A stretch of 64,000 nucleotides of DNA. Source: Candidatus Aminicenantes bacterium. Its GTDB lineage: Bacteria; Acidobacteriota; Aminicenantia; Aminicenantales; UBA4085. This document shows positions 22,285 to 31,742 of the stretch, piece after piece. The notes under the pieces are model-generated. The model was not told the DNA's origin. It worked only from the letters and a program-made list of their open reading frames with translations, and searched no databases. The first letter of the stretch is position 1. Each line of letters begins with the position of its first letter. The DNA lies in assembly GCA_003141555.1 (NCBI GenBank), contig PLMN01000009.1, positions 103,497 through 167,496 of the forward strand, written 5' to 3'. The translations under genes and the position numbers were made by a program.

Positions 22285-23463
22285 ATGAAGAAAATGACGG
22301 CCGTCGCGGCGCTCATGTCCGTATTTTCGCTTGCCATCTGTTTCATCATCCTCGGCACCATCTCGCTCGAGCTCATGAAATCCCTGAATATCGACGAGGG
22401 CCGATTCGGGTCCCTGGTCATGGGCCTGTTCCTGACGAGCTGCATCGTCCAGCTCATCATCGGCCCTTCGGTCGATAAATTCGGCTACAAGCCGGTGGCG
22501 ATCATCGGCTTCCTGGTGACCAGCGGCAGCTTGTTCCTCCTGGCCTTCGCGGCGAGCTATTCCCTCGTTATGCTGGCTTGCATTCTGCTTGGGATCGGGG
22601 CCATGAGCTTGAACACCGTAGGCAACACGCTTCTCCCCGTGGTGCTGTTCAACGGCCAGGATCCGGCCCGGGCCAGCAACCTGGGCAATGCCTTTTTTGG
22701 GCTGGGCTATGTTCTGACGCCCCTGCTGTTCCTCTTCTTCCGCGAGACCCTGGGCCTGAGCTACAGCGTCTCTCTGTCCATTTTTGCGGCGCTCATGTTG
22801 ATCTTCCTGCTCTTCGCCCTCGCCACGAGCTTCCCCCGGGTGGCGACCGGCTACAAATTCTCGATGGCCGTCAAGCTCCTGGGCAAGGCGGCGGTGCTGG
22901 TGGCCGCCTTGGCCCTGTTCTGCTACATGGCCCTGGAAATCACCATGGCGACCTGGATCAAGCCCCTCATGACCGAGCTGTTCACCAAGGCCCAGAACGG
23001 CCATCCGGCCAACAACGCCGCCCTGGCCCTCAGCGTTTTCGGCGTCGCGATGATGATCGGCCGGTTCCTGGCTTCGACCATGAAGAATTTGACCACCAAG
23101 GGCGGCATGGTCTTGACGCTCATGTCGTTCCTGTCCATCCTGGCGATCGGGGCGATGATCCTGACCCAGAGCCCGGTGCTGGCCATCGCCGCCGTCGTCA
23201 TTACGGGCCTGGCGTTCGCGCCGATCTTCCCGACGATCACGGGCGTGACTTTCGCCAAATTCACCCCGAATCTCTACGGCAGCATCTTCGGGATCATTTT
23301 CGCCCTCGGGTTGCTCGGCGGGACGTTCGTGCCCAAGATCATCGGCAACGTGAGCGTGGGACGGTCGGTCCAGGGAAGCCTGGTCATCGCCGCAGTGATG
23401 GCCGGCATCCTGTTCGTCATTTCCCTGTTCATCACGAAGGTCGGCCGGCCGGCCAAGTCCTGA
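22285..23463 (+). CDS. MFS transporter (sugar permease-like)
   Basis: About 12 TM segments; GPSVDKFGYK motif A; LAFAPIFPT. Confidence 0.85.
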   Translation: MKKMTAVAALMSVFSLAICFIILGTISLELMKSLNIDEGRFGSLVMGLFLTSCIVQLIIGPSVDKFGYKPVAIIGFLVTSGSLFLLAFAASYSLVMLACILLGIGAMSLNTVGNTLLPVVLFNGQDPARASNLGNAFFGLGYVLTPLLFLFFRETLGLSYSVSLSIFAALMLIFLLFALATSFPRVATGYKFSMAVKLLGKAAVLVAALALFCYMALEITMATWIKPLMTELFTKAQNGHPANNAALALSVFGVAMMIGRFLASTMKNLTTKGGMVLTLMSFLSILAIGAMILTQSPVLAIAAVVITGLAFAPIFPTITGVTFAKFTPNLYGSIFGIIFALGLLGGTFVPKIIGNVSVGRSVQGSLVIAAVMAGILFVISLFITKVGRPAKS

Positions 23464-23517
23464 CGACGGAACATCCAAGGAATCAAAAATCATTTCAAAA
23501 TGTCGGAGGAGGAATCC

Positions 23518-24273
23518 GTGTTCAGATATGGCCGAATAGGGTTGGTTTTATTGCTGTTCGCCGCCGCGAGCGCGCAGGCGTTCACGGTCGACGAGCTCAT
23601 TGCCAGGAACGTCAAAGCGCGGGGGGGCCTGGAAAAGATACGCGCCATCCAATCCCTGCGCACAAGCGGCAGGATGTTCGTCGGGGACGGCGGTTCCTCC
23701 CTCGAGCTGACCTATGCCCAGATGATCAAGCGCCCCGGATTGATCCGGCAGGAGGCCGGCATGCAGGGGCTCACCTCGGTGAGCGCCTACGACGGCGCCG
23801 TGGGGTGGCAGATCCAGCCGTTCGGGGGGCGCCTCGACCCGGAAAAGCTGTCCGCCGACGATCTCAAGGGCTACAAGCTTCTTGCTGATCTGGACGGGCC
23901 GCTGGTCGACTATGAGACCAAAGGCCACAAGGTGGAATACCTGGGCACCGAAGATGTGGACGGCACCGACGCCCACAAGCTCAGGGTCACGCTCAAGGAC
24001 GGGGATGTCGTCTTCATCTACCTCGATCCGGATTACTTCCTTCAGATCCGGATGATCGTCCAATTCAAGATCCGCGGCACCGAATTCGTGGAGGAGGATG
24101 ATCTGGGCAACTACGAGCGGGTCGACGGGGTGATGTTGCCCTTCTCGATCGAGTCCGGCCCCAAAGGCCAAGCCAAGACCACGAAGATCACCATCGAAAA
24201 GGCCGAAATCAACGGGGCGATGGACGCGAAGCTCTTCCATTATCCGGCGCCGCCGGCGGCCGCGGGCAAGTAG
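23518..24273 (+). CDS. Secreted hypothetical protein (LolA-like / outer-membrane lipoprotein-sorting fold)
   Basis: SD GGAGGAGG + GTG; signal peptide AQA; T.DELIARN..ARGG, G..VEYLG.E.VDG..AHKL pattern. Confidence 0.65.
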   Translation: MFRYGRIGLVLLLFAAASAQAFTVDELIARNVKARGGLEKIRAIQSLRTSGRMFVGDGGSSLELTYAQMIKRPGLIRQEAGMQGLTSVSAYDGAVGWQIQPFGGRLDPEKLSADDLKGYKLLADLDGPLVDYETKGHKVEYLGTEDVDGTDAHKLRVTLKDGDVVFIYLDPDYFLQIRMIVQFKIRGTEFVEEDDLGNYERVDGVMLPFSIESGPKGQAKTTKITIEKAEINGAMDAKLFHYPAPPAAAGK

Positions 24274-24292
24274 ACGCCCGGAGGGAATCCGC

Positions 24293-27200
24293 ATGAAACA
24301 ATCCGCTTTGATCCTCATCCTCCTGGCGGCTCTTCTCGTTTCGGCGCCCGTCCTCCGGACGCAAACGCAGGCCCCGGCTCCGGCCACGCCCGCGCGCTTC
24401 GACGCCGGTACGATCTCCGGCCTGGGGGCCCGCAATATCGGCTCCGCGCGCATGAGCGGCCGCATCGCGGCCATCGCCGCCGCGCCCGTCGACGGCAAGA
24501 CATTGATCTACGTCGGCGCGGCCAGCGGCGGCGTCTGGAAGTCGGACGACGGCGGCACGACCTTCAAGCCGGTCTTCGACAAGAACCCCGTCCAATCCAT
24601 CGGCGCCCTGGCCCTCGACCCCTCCAACCCGAAGACCGTCTGGGCGGGAACGGGTGAAGCGTGGACCCGCAATTCCGTATCCGTGGGCGACGGCATCTAC
24701 AAGTCCGTCGACGGCGGCGAGACGTGGACCAACATGGGCCTCGCGGCGTCCGAGCGGATCAGCCAGATCCTGGTCCATCCCCGAAACGGCGACGTGGTCT
24801 ACGCCTGCGTTCCGGGCAGGCTATGGAGCGATTCCGCCGACCGCGGCCTGTACAAGACCGTCGACGGCGGCAAGACCTGGGGCCTGATTCTCAAGGGGGC
24901 GAACCTGTCCACGGGCTGTTCCTCGATCGCCATGGATCCGCGGAATCCCGAGGTGATCTACGCGGGGCTGTGGGACTTTCGCCGCCAGGGTTGGACGTTC
25001 CGCTCCGGCGGGGACGGCCCCGAGGCCGCGAGCGGGAGCGGCCTGTTCCGCTCCGAGGACGGCGGCCGGACCTGGGCGGAGCTCGAGGCGGGGAAGAACG
25101 GCCTGCCATCCAAGCCATACGGCCGCATCGAGGTCCGGTTCGCGCCGTCCAACGGCGCGATCGTCTACGCGTTTATCGAGGGCGTGGACTCCGCCCTGTA
25201 TCGCTCCGACGACGGCGGCCGGACCTGGGACAAGCGCGACAAAAGCCAGCAGATGGTCTGGCGGCCCTTCTACTTCGCCAGGCTGGCGGTCGACCCGACC
25301 AATCCCGACCGCCTCTTCAAGGTGGACTTGGGCCTGATCGTCAGCGAGGACGGGGGCAAAAGCTTCAGCTCCGCCAGCGGCAGCTCTCACGGCGACTGGC
25401 ACGATGTCTGGATCGATCCCTCCAATCCCAAGCACCTGGTCGGCGGCGACGACGGGGGTCTCTGGATCTCCCATGATGGCGGTAGCCGCTGGTGGATGGC
25501 CCAGAACCTGCCGATCTCCCAGTTCTACCACGTGAGTCTCGATGACCGGAACCCTTACCAGGTCTACGGCGGGCTGCAGGACAACGGCAACTGGATGGCC
25601 GACTCCGAGTATCCGGGCGGAATTTCCAACGCGCGCTGGGAATCGATACCCGGCGGCGACGGCTTCTGGGTCTTTTCCGATCCGGCCGATCCCGATTATG
25701 TCTACGCCGAGAGCCAGGGCGGCGCGATCGAGCGCTACAACCGCAGGACCCATGCGGGGCGCGACATCCAGCCCAAGGCCGGCTACCGCGAGAAGCTGCG
25801 CTTCAACTGGAACACGCCGGTCCATATGAGCCCGAATGAAAAAGGCACGATCTACATCGGCGCCCAGTTCCTGTTCCGCTCGCGGGACCACGGCCAGAGC
25901 TGGGAGCGCATCTCGCCGGACCTGACAACCAACGATCCGGCGAAGCAGAAGCAGGAGCAGTCGGGAGGCATCACCGTCGACAATTCGTCGGCCGAGATGC
26001 ACACCACGATCTATTCGATCAGCGAGTCGCCTAAAAACGGACGGGTCATTTGGGTCGGAACGGATGACGGCAACGTGCAGCTGACCCAGGACGGCGGGGC
26101 GACGTGGCGGAATCGGGTGGGCAACATCAAGGGCCTGCCCAAGGCCTCCTGGGTGTCGTGGGTCGAAGCTGGCCGCTTCGATGCGGCCACCGCCTACGCG
26201 GCTTTCGATCGCCACACGTTCGGCGATCTGACGCCCTACGTGTATAAGACCGCCGATGCGGGCGAGACGTGGATTCGCATCGCCGGTCCGGAGCAGGGGC
26301 TCCGGGGCTGGGCGCATGTGATCAAGGAGGATGCGATCAAGCCCGACCTTTTATTCATCGGCACCGAATTCGGCTTGTGGGTCTCTCCCGACGGCGGGAA
26401 GGCGTGGGCGGAATTCAAAGGCGGCAATTTCCCGAGCGTGGCGGTCCGGGACATCATGGTCCACCCCCGGACCGACGATCTCGTCCTGGCGACGCATGGG
26501 CGCGGGATCTGGATCGTCGATGACATCAGCCCGCTCCGCGGATTGAGCGAAGAGGTGCTGCAGAAAGAGGCGGCTTTCCTCGAGGCGCGGCCGACGGTCC
26601 AGCGGATCGAAGGCCAGGGGGGCTATGTCGAAGGCGATGCGACGTTCTTCGGCCCGAATCCACCCGGCGGCGCCGTGATCACATACTGCCAGCGGACGCG
26701 GCATTTATTCGGACCGATCAAGATCGAGATCCTGGGGCCGGACGGCAAGCTCGTGAACACCATCCCGGCCGGCAAACGCCGCGGCATCAACCGCGTGAGC
26801 TGGTCCATGCGGGTGGCGCCGCCCCGAGTGCCCAAGGCCGCTTCGGTCGCCGGCAGCTCTCTTCAAGGCCCGCGCGTCCTTCCGGGCGCTTATGTTGTGC
26901 GGCTGACCAAGGGCCGGGACGTTTACGAAACCAAGCTCGAGATCGGTCTCGACCCTCGCGCCGATTTCACGGCCGCCGACCGCAAAGCGCAGTTTGAAGC
27001 CGCTATGCGGGTCCACGGCATGTTCAACGCCATGTCCACCCTGGTCGACAAGATCACCCTGGTGCGCGCCCGGGCTGATCAGGCCGCCGCCCCGCTGCCC
27101 GCGAAGGAAGCCCTGCGTCGGCAATTGGAGGCCGTCTCGACCGAGGCCGACGGATTCCGCAAGAAGATCGTGGCCACGAAAGAGGGCGGGGCCATCACCG

Positions 27201-27412
27201 GCGAGGAGCGCCTGCGCGAGCGGATGGACGCGATTTATGGGACGATCCTGTCCTACGAGGGGCGTCCGGCGCAGTACCAGCTGGAAAATATCGACGCGCT
27301 CCAGCGGGAGATGGATGACGTGAGCCGGGAGTTCGATGCCTACACGGCCAAGACTCTGCCCAAGATCAACGAAGGCCTGAAGGCCAAAGGCCTGCGTCCG
27401 ATCGGGGGTTGA
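24293..27412 (+). CDS. VPS10/sortilin-like BNR-repeat (Asp-box) beta-propeller protein, putative glycosyl hydrolase
   Basis: Signal peptide; RNIG...SGRI, repeated S.DGG.TW boxes, YGGLQDNG, ATHGRGIWI. Confidence 0.85.
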   Translation: MKQSALILILLAALLVSAPVLRTQTQAPAPATPARFDAGTISGLGARNIGSARMSGRIAAIAAAPVDGKTLIYVGAASGGVWKSDDGGTTFKPVFDKNPVQSIGALALDPSNPKTVWAGTGEAWTRNSVSVGDGIYKSVDGGETWTNMGLAASERISQILVHPRNGDVVYACVPGRLWSDSADRGLYKTVDGGKTWGLILKGANLSTGCSSIAMDPRNPEVIYAGLWDFRRQGWTFRSGGDGPEAASGSGLFRSEDGGRTWAELEAGKNGLPSKPYGRIEVRFAPSNGAIVYAFIEGVDSALYRSDDGGRTWDKRDKSQQMVWRPFYFARLAVDPTNPDRLFKVDLGLIVSEDGGKSFSSASGSSHGDWHDVWIDPSNPKHLVGGDDGGLWISHDGGSRWWMAQNLPISQFYHVSLDDRNPYQVYGGLQDNGNWMADSEYPGGISNARWESIPGGDGFWVFSDPADPDYVYAESQGGAIERYNRRTHAGRDIQPKAGYREKLRFNWNTPVHMSPNEKGTIYIGAQFLFRSRDHGQSWERISPDLTTNDPAKQKQEQSGGITVDNSSAEMHTTIYSISESPKNGRVIWVGTDDGNVQLTQDGGATWRNRVGNIKGLPKASWVSWVEAGRFDAATAYAAFDRHTFGDLTPYVYKTADAGETWIRIAGPEQGLRGWAHVIKEDAIKPDLLFIGTEFGLWVSPDGGKAWAEFKGGNFPSVAVRDIMVHPRTDDLVLATHGRGIWIVDDISPLRGLSEEVLQKEAAFLEARPTVQRIEGQGGYVEGDATFFGPNPPGGAVITYCQRTRHLFGPIKIEILGPDGKLVNTIPAGKRRGINRVSWSMRVAPPRVPKAASVAGSSLQGPRVLPGAYVVRLTKGRDVYETKLEIGLDPRADFTAADRKAQFEAAMRVHGMFNAMSTLVDKITLVRARADQAAAPLPAKEALRRQLEAVSTEADGFRKKIVATKEGGAITGEERLRERMDAIYGTILSYEGRPAQYQLENIDALQREMDDVSREFDAYTAKTLPKINEGLKAKGLRPIGG

Positions 27413-27452
27413 GGGCCGTTGCCCCCTCAAATTCGGGGGTGACGGGCGGCCT

Positions 27453-29252
27453 CTAGGCCTCCGGCGGGACGATCTCGAGCCAAGAAAACCAGATCGGATG
27501 GCTTTTCTTATACCAGGTCAGGATTTTCAGCAATTTCGTCTGGTTTTCGCGCGAAATGACCTCGGGCAGAATGCGGCCGAAATGGATGCGGATCACCCCG
27601 TTCTTGCGGAACTCCAGGGCCTCCGAGCACAGCGTCTGGAGCTCGTTGCGGATACGCCCCGAATCGGAAATGCGAACCGGACGCGTCTCATAGTCCTCGC
27701 CCGAGAGGAAGCGGATCAGCAATGGGTTGAAGATGAACCGGCTCGCGGCGATCGATTCCTGGAGCTTCAGCGTCAGGGTGATCAGCTTCTCGCCGCATCT
27801 CGACGACAAGCGGACGCGGACGCGATAGCCGTCGTCGGCCAGCTTTTCCACGCCGGGAGCGCCCGTATACGGGTCGGGATTCATGTAGCCCGTGACGGCG
27901 AGGACATCCCAGTCCTTTTCGGGGAAGAAATCGTCGGCTTCGAGCGATGTCTTTTGGAGCGGGATCCCGGCCTCGACCGCTGCGCGGATCATGGCCTTGT
28001 GCTCGTCGACGGTCTTCCCGTCGACGGGCCGCCCCAAAAGCGTCCCGAGCCGGGACGGGAAATCCGGCGCTTCGGGGTCCAGCCTCATCAGCTGGTTTTC
28101 CTTGTCATAGGAGAGTTTGAAGCTGGAGGTGAAGACGGATAGAAAAGCTCGCAGATTGTGGAGAGGAGCCAGGCTGGCGGCCTGCACGGCCTCGGCCGAG
28201 GCGGCATAGCCGTCGCAGAGAAAGACGTGCCGTTCCCCACGCTCGTCCTTCCAGGCTCCGATGCCGTAGGTCGGCGCGTAGGTTCCCGACTCGGTAAACG
28301 CGCCCATTCCCGTGGGCAGCTTCCAATCGTCATCGATCAGATGAGCGCCCAGAGCTTCCCACTCCTTCCACAGGCCGCCGATTCGATCCGCGCGGCTCTT
28401 GCCGCGGAGAGTCCAAATATGGATATTCCCCGGTTTGATCCCGGGGTAAGTCTTGCGGATGATCTCCCAGACCAGCGCGCGCGGCGTGCGGTAGTCGATG
28501 AGGACGGAATCCTCCTCGGCCCTTGCCACGACGGCCTGGGGCAGGATAAAGGTCCCCATATAGCCCTCATAGGGCTTACTGATGCGCAGCGGCTGGTCGA
28601 AGACGTGCAGGACGGTCATCGGGCCGGTGGGATCGCCCTTGGCGAAGCGGGAGGTATTTTCCAGGGTATCAATGGCCGCTCCCCATATGGTGACGCCCGC
28701 CGAGTTGATCTCTTTGTAGAATTCACCCCATCCGTAAGCCGGATCGTTCAGCAGCCTTACGACGCGCTGGTCCAGCGCCTTGGCCACCTCGGGCCGAGCA
28801 TAGACGCGGCCGAAGCCCAGTTGCGGATTGGAGCCCATTTCGGGCGTCTCGCCGGCCTTGGGCATCAGACCTTCGCCCAGGCAGACCATGACGGCATGGT
28901 TCTCGGGCACTTGGCGGGTCAGATACCAAAGGCATTCGCTCATGACGTAGGCGGAGATGGCGTCGGCGTCCTTTTTAACCTGGTTGATTCCGGCCTTGTC
29001 CAACGAGGCGCCTTCTCCGAACCGGCCGAAGAGGCGCGTGCCCAGCGCCGTCAGGGCGCCGGTCAGGGCGAATTGCCGTTCCAAGGACCCGTTCAAAAAG
29101 GACAAGTGCGAGGTGAATTCCGAATGCGACTGGCCCCGGACCCACGCGACTTCGACGTCTTCCAGCCAGATGTGGAACCGTCCCAGGATGGATTTGGTGT
29201 CATAGGCCCACTGGGCGATACGGTTTTTCCGGTCCTGACTCATGAGATTCAT
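27453..29252 (-). CDS. Large divergent GlpX (class II fructose-1,6-bisphosphatase)-like protein
   Basis: KKDADAIS, VCLGEG, PQLGFG, AIDTLENTSRFAKG and GYAASAEAVQAA occur in the same order as GlpX K..AD.AA, VIGEGE, PMLYIG, AVDPLEGT...AKG and GGAPEGVLAA. Confidence 0.55.
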   Translation of the reverse strand: MNLMSQDRKNRIAQWAYDTKSILGRFHIWLEDVEVAWVRGQSHSEFTSHLSFLNGSLERQFALTGALTALGTRLFGRFGEGASLDKAGINQVKKDADAISAYVMSECLWYLTRQVPENHAVMVCLGEGLMPKAGETPEMGSNPQLGFGRVYARPEVAKALDQRVVRLLNDPAYGWGEFYKEINSAGVTIWGAAIDTLENTSRFAKGDPTGPMTVLHVFDQPLRISKPYEGYMGTFILPQAVVARAEEDSVLIDYRTPRALVWEIIRKTYPGIKPGNIHIWTLRGKSRADRIGGLWKEWEALGAHLIDDDWKLPTGMGAFTESGTYAPTYGIGAWKDERGERHVFLCDGYAASAEAVQAASLAPLHNLRAFLSVFTSSFKLSYDKENQLMRLDPEAPDFPSRLGTLLGRPVDGKTVDEHKAMIRAAVEAGIPLQKTSLEADDFFPEKDWDVLAVTGYMNPDPYTGAPGVEKLADDGYRVRVRLSSRCGEKLITLTLKLQESIAASRFIFNPLLIRFLSGEDYETRPVRISDSGRIRNELQTLCSEALEFRKNGVIRIHFGRILPEVISRENQTKLLKILTWYKKSHPIWFSWLEIVPPEA

Positions 29253-29474
29253 GATAGCCCCCTCCTCTCCATTTTAATCCATTTTTCTTGTTGATTTCAT
29301 CTTTTTGTCTTGGCCCGGCCCTCCCCGCGGTCATGAAATTGATAATGCGTTCCTCTACTGGAGGAAGGAGCGGATATTCGTCGCTTCGCGGAAAAAAATA
29401 TTTTTTCTACGCTCTTGAGTGGACGCCAAGACTATGATATAGAAAACTCGAATCTTCATTGGAGGGGAGGAAAA

Positions 29475-29900
29475 ATGAAAAAGCTGTTGATTCTCTGCGT
29501 CATCATCGTCATGGTCTTGTCCGTGACCGCTTGCAAGGGCGGCGATGGGGGGAAGTACGCCGACGTCCAAAAGGTGATGGACAAGTACATCGGGGCGAAC
29601 GAGAATTTCTCCACGGCCCTGGAAGGCGCCAAGTCCGCGGACGACGTCGTTAAAGCTTTGAACGCGCTGACCGAGACGACCAAGGAGGTCGCTCCGAAGC
29701 TCAAGGCGTTCGAGACGAAATATCCCGAATTCAAGAACCAGGACAATCCGCCCGCGGAGCTGAAGCCTATCATGGACCGGATGATGGCCGCGGCGGGCAA
29801 GATGATGAATGCCATGGCGAAGATCGCCCCGTTCGCCTCGGATCCCAAAGTCGTGGAAGCCCAGACCAAATTCCAGGAAGCCATGGCCCTGATGAAATAA
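29475..29900 (+). CDS. Helical lipoprotein of unknown function
   Basis: SD GGAGG; lipobox VTAC after a hydrophobic stretch. Confidence 0.78.
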   Translation: MKKLLILCVIIVMVLSVTACKGGDGGKYADVQKVMDKYIGANENFSTALEGAKSADDVVKALNALTETTKEVAPKLKAFETKYPEFKNQDNPPAELKPIMDRMMAAAGKMMNAMAKIAPFASDPKVVEAQTKFQEAMALMK

Positions 29901-29926
29901 GGGCGGCTGGATCCTAGAATACGGCG

Positions 29927-30298
29927 ATGGACAATACTTCTCTATCGGCCGGGGAGGAAATCCTCGGGTCCTGGTCCGTTTTTCTCGGCGAACCGCGGCC
30001 CAATTCCGAAAAGCTCGCCGGCAAGCTTCATGTGACTAATCAGAACCTCTATTTTGAGTCGAGCATCTCCCTGGATGAGAGCGCGGGCTTGCTCATCTCG
30101 CACAGGCTCCAGGCCTTCGAAAAAGTCAAGAAGCTCGTGGCCCTTCCCTACGCCGAGATCGGCTCGGTAGCCGGCGTCAAGAAGTCCCTGTTCCAGAAGG
30201 CCCTGGCCGTCAAGCTGAAATCGGGCGAGGAGTTCGAATTCCAGTTCGGAGCGGCTTCGCCTCAAAAAGCCTTGGACGCCATCCTGCCGAGACTCTGA
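29927..30298 (+). CDS. Hypothetical protein, PH/GRAM-like
   Basis: GKLHVTNQNLYF ... LPY.EI..V ... L.VKLKSGEEFEF pattern typical of bacterial PH-fold proteins. Confidence 0.55.
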   Translation: MDNTSLSAGEEILGSWSVFLGEPRPNSEKLAGKLHVTNQNLYFESSISLDESAGLLISHRLQAFEKVKKLVALPYAEIGSVAGVKKSLFQKALAVKLKSGEEFEFQFGAASPQKALDAILPRL

Positions 30299-30345
30299 TT
30301 TCGCCCCGGGACTCTCAGGGACATGGGAAAAGAAGGAGGCTCCTC

Positions 30346-30837
30346 ATGAAAAATTCATTTTTCACGGCGATCGTCCTCGTTGTCGCCCTTGTCGGCGGGT
30401 CTCAGGGAGCTCTCGCCTCAGCCAATCCGCAAGCCGGCGAGAAGCTCGCGCCCATCGATCTCTCCAAAGCGTCCACGTCGTTCGCCGTCGTCATGATGGC
30501 CCCCCAAGGAGCGACGGCGGCCGAGGATTTCGGGACTGTCCTCGTCAAGAAGGGCGCGATTTTCCAGGTCGAAGTCAGCTCGAGCGCCAAAGACATCGCC
30601 GCTCTCAAGAAAGAGATCCTGGCCAACACCCTCAATAAGCTCAAAAAGTTCTACGTCGAAACGGCCGACACCCTGCTCTATGAATCGGCGCTCATGGGCA
30701 AATCGGAGTTCCATTTCGTGGCCAACCTCAAGGTCGGAGCTTCCACATACGGCGCCGAAGACACGAAGGGCCCCGTTTATGGCAAGGCCGACGTCGAGCT
30801 GATGTTAAAGTGCTTCCAGACGCTGAAGGCTAAATAA
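30346..30837 (+). CDS. Secreted hypothetical protein
   Basis: SD AAGGAGG; signal peptide ending ALA; host-like codon usage. Confidence 0.72.
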   Translation: MKNSFFTAIVLVVALVGGSQGALASANPQAGEKLAPIDLSKASTSFAVVMMAPQGATAAEDFGTVLVKKGAIFQVEVSSSAKDIAALKKEILANTLNKLKKFYVETADTLLYESALMGKSEFHFVANLKVGASTYGAEDTKGPVYGKADVELMLKCFQTLKAK

Positions 30838-31016
30838 GCGACGATCTCCTTTACCAAAGGACGCAAGCGCCACCCCGGCGAATTTATGGACCATTTCTGT
30901 CGTCTTCTTTGCCTCGTATTTTCTGGTGCTTGCCTATAAAAAAAATTGGGATCGGGCCAAAGGAAGGCTTGTTTTTTGCTTGACTATTGGCCTCGATTCG
31001 TCCATAAAATCAGGTC

Positions 31017-31742
31017 ATGAAAGATCATTTTGAGATCATCCTTCTCCTCGGGCGTCCCGCTTCGGGGAAATCGGAAGTCATTGATTTTTTGAAAAAGACC
31101 CCGATTCCGGAACGATCGAAGCGCTATCACATCCGCGAGTTTGAGGAAATCGACGATTTCCCCATGCTGTGGACCTGGTTCGAGGAAGACGCCATCCTGG
31201 AAAAGATCCTGCACGAGCCGCGCGTCCACTCCGATGCCGAAGGCTATTTCCTCCATTCGTATCAGTGGGATCTGTTGATCGAACGCATCTCCATTGAATA
31301 CGGGAAGAAATTGCGCGACCCGGGCTATGCCGAGAAGATGACGACCCTGATCGAATTCAGCCGGGGCTCCGAGCACGGCGGCTACGAATCGGCCTTCCGC
31401 CACCTCTCGAAGGAAATCCTTGAAAAAGCCTGCATTCTCTATATCGACGTTCCCTATGAGGAATCCCTGCGCAAGAACCGCCGCCGCTTCAACCCGAGCC
31501 GGCCGGATTCGATCCTGGAGCACGGTCTTCCGGACAGCAAATTGGAGCGCTTGTACAAGGAGGTGGACTGGGGGCGGTTCAAGGGAAAAGACCCCGAATT
31601 CATCCATTTTTCCGGACGCAGGATCCCCTACGCGGTTTTCGACAACATGCCCGAAATCACCGACAAGCCCGACGTGCTGGGTGCCCGCCTGGAAAGCGCC
31701 CTGAACAAGCTGTGGTCCAACCGTCAGGAGGTCCGATCGTGA
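31017..31742 (+). CDS. P-loop NTPase, nucleoside/nucleotide-kinase-like fold
   Basis: Walker A GRPASGKS at the N-terminus; IEFSRG; lid-like RKNRRR. Confidence 0.7.
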   Translation: MKDHFEIILLLGRPASGKSEVIDFLKKTPIPERSKRYHIREFEEIDDFPMLWTWFEEDAILEKILHEPRVHSDAEGYFLHSYQWDLLIERISIEYGKKLRDPGYAEKMTTLIEFSRGSEHGGYESAFRHLSKEILEKACILYIDVPYEESLRKNRRRFNPSRPDSILEHGLPDSKLERLYKEVDWGRFKGKDPEFIHFSGRRIPYAVFDNMPEITDKPDVLGARLESALNKLWSNRQEVRS

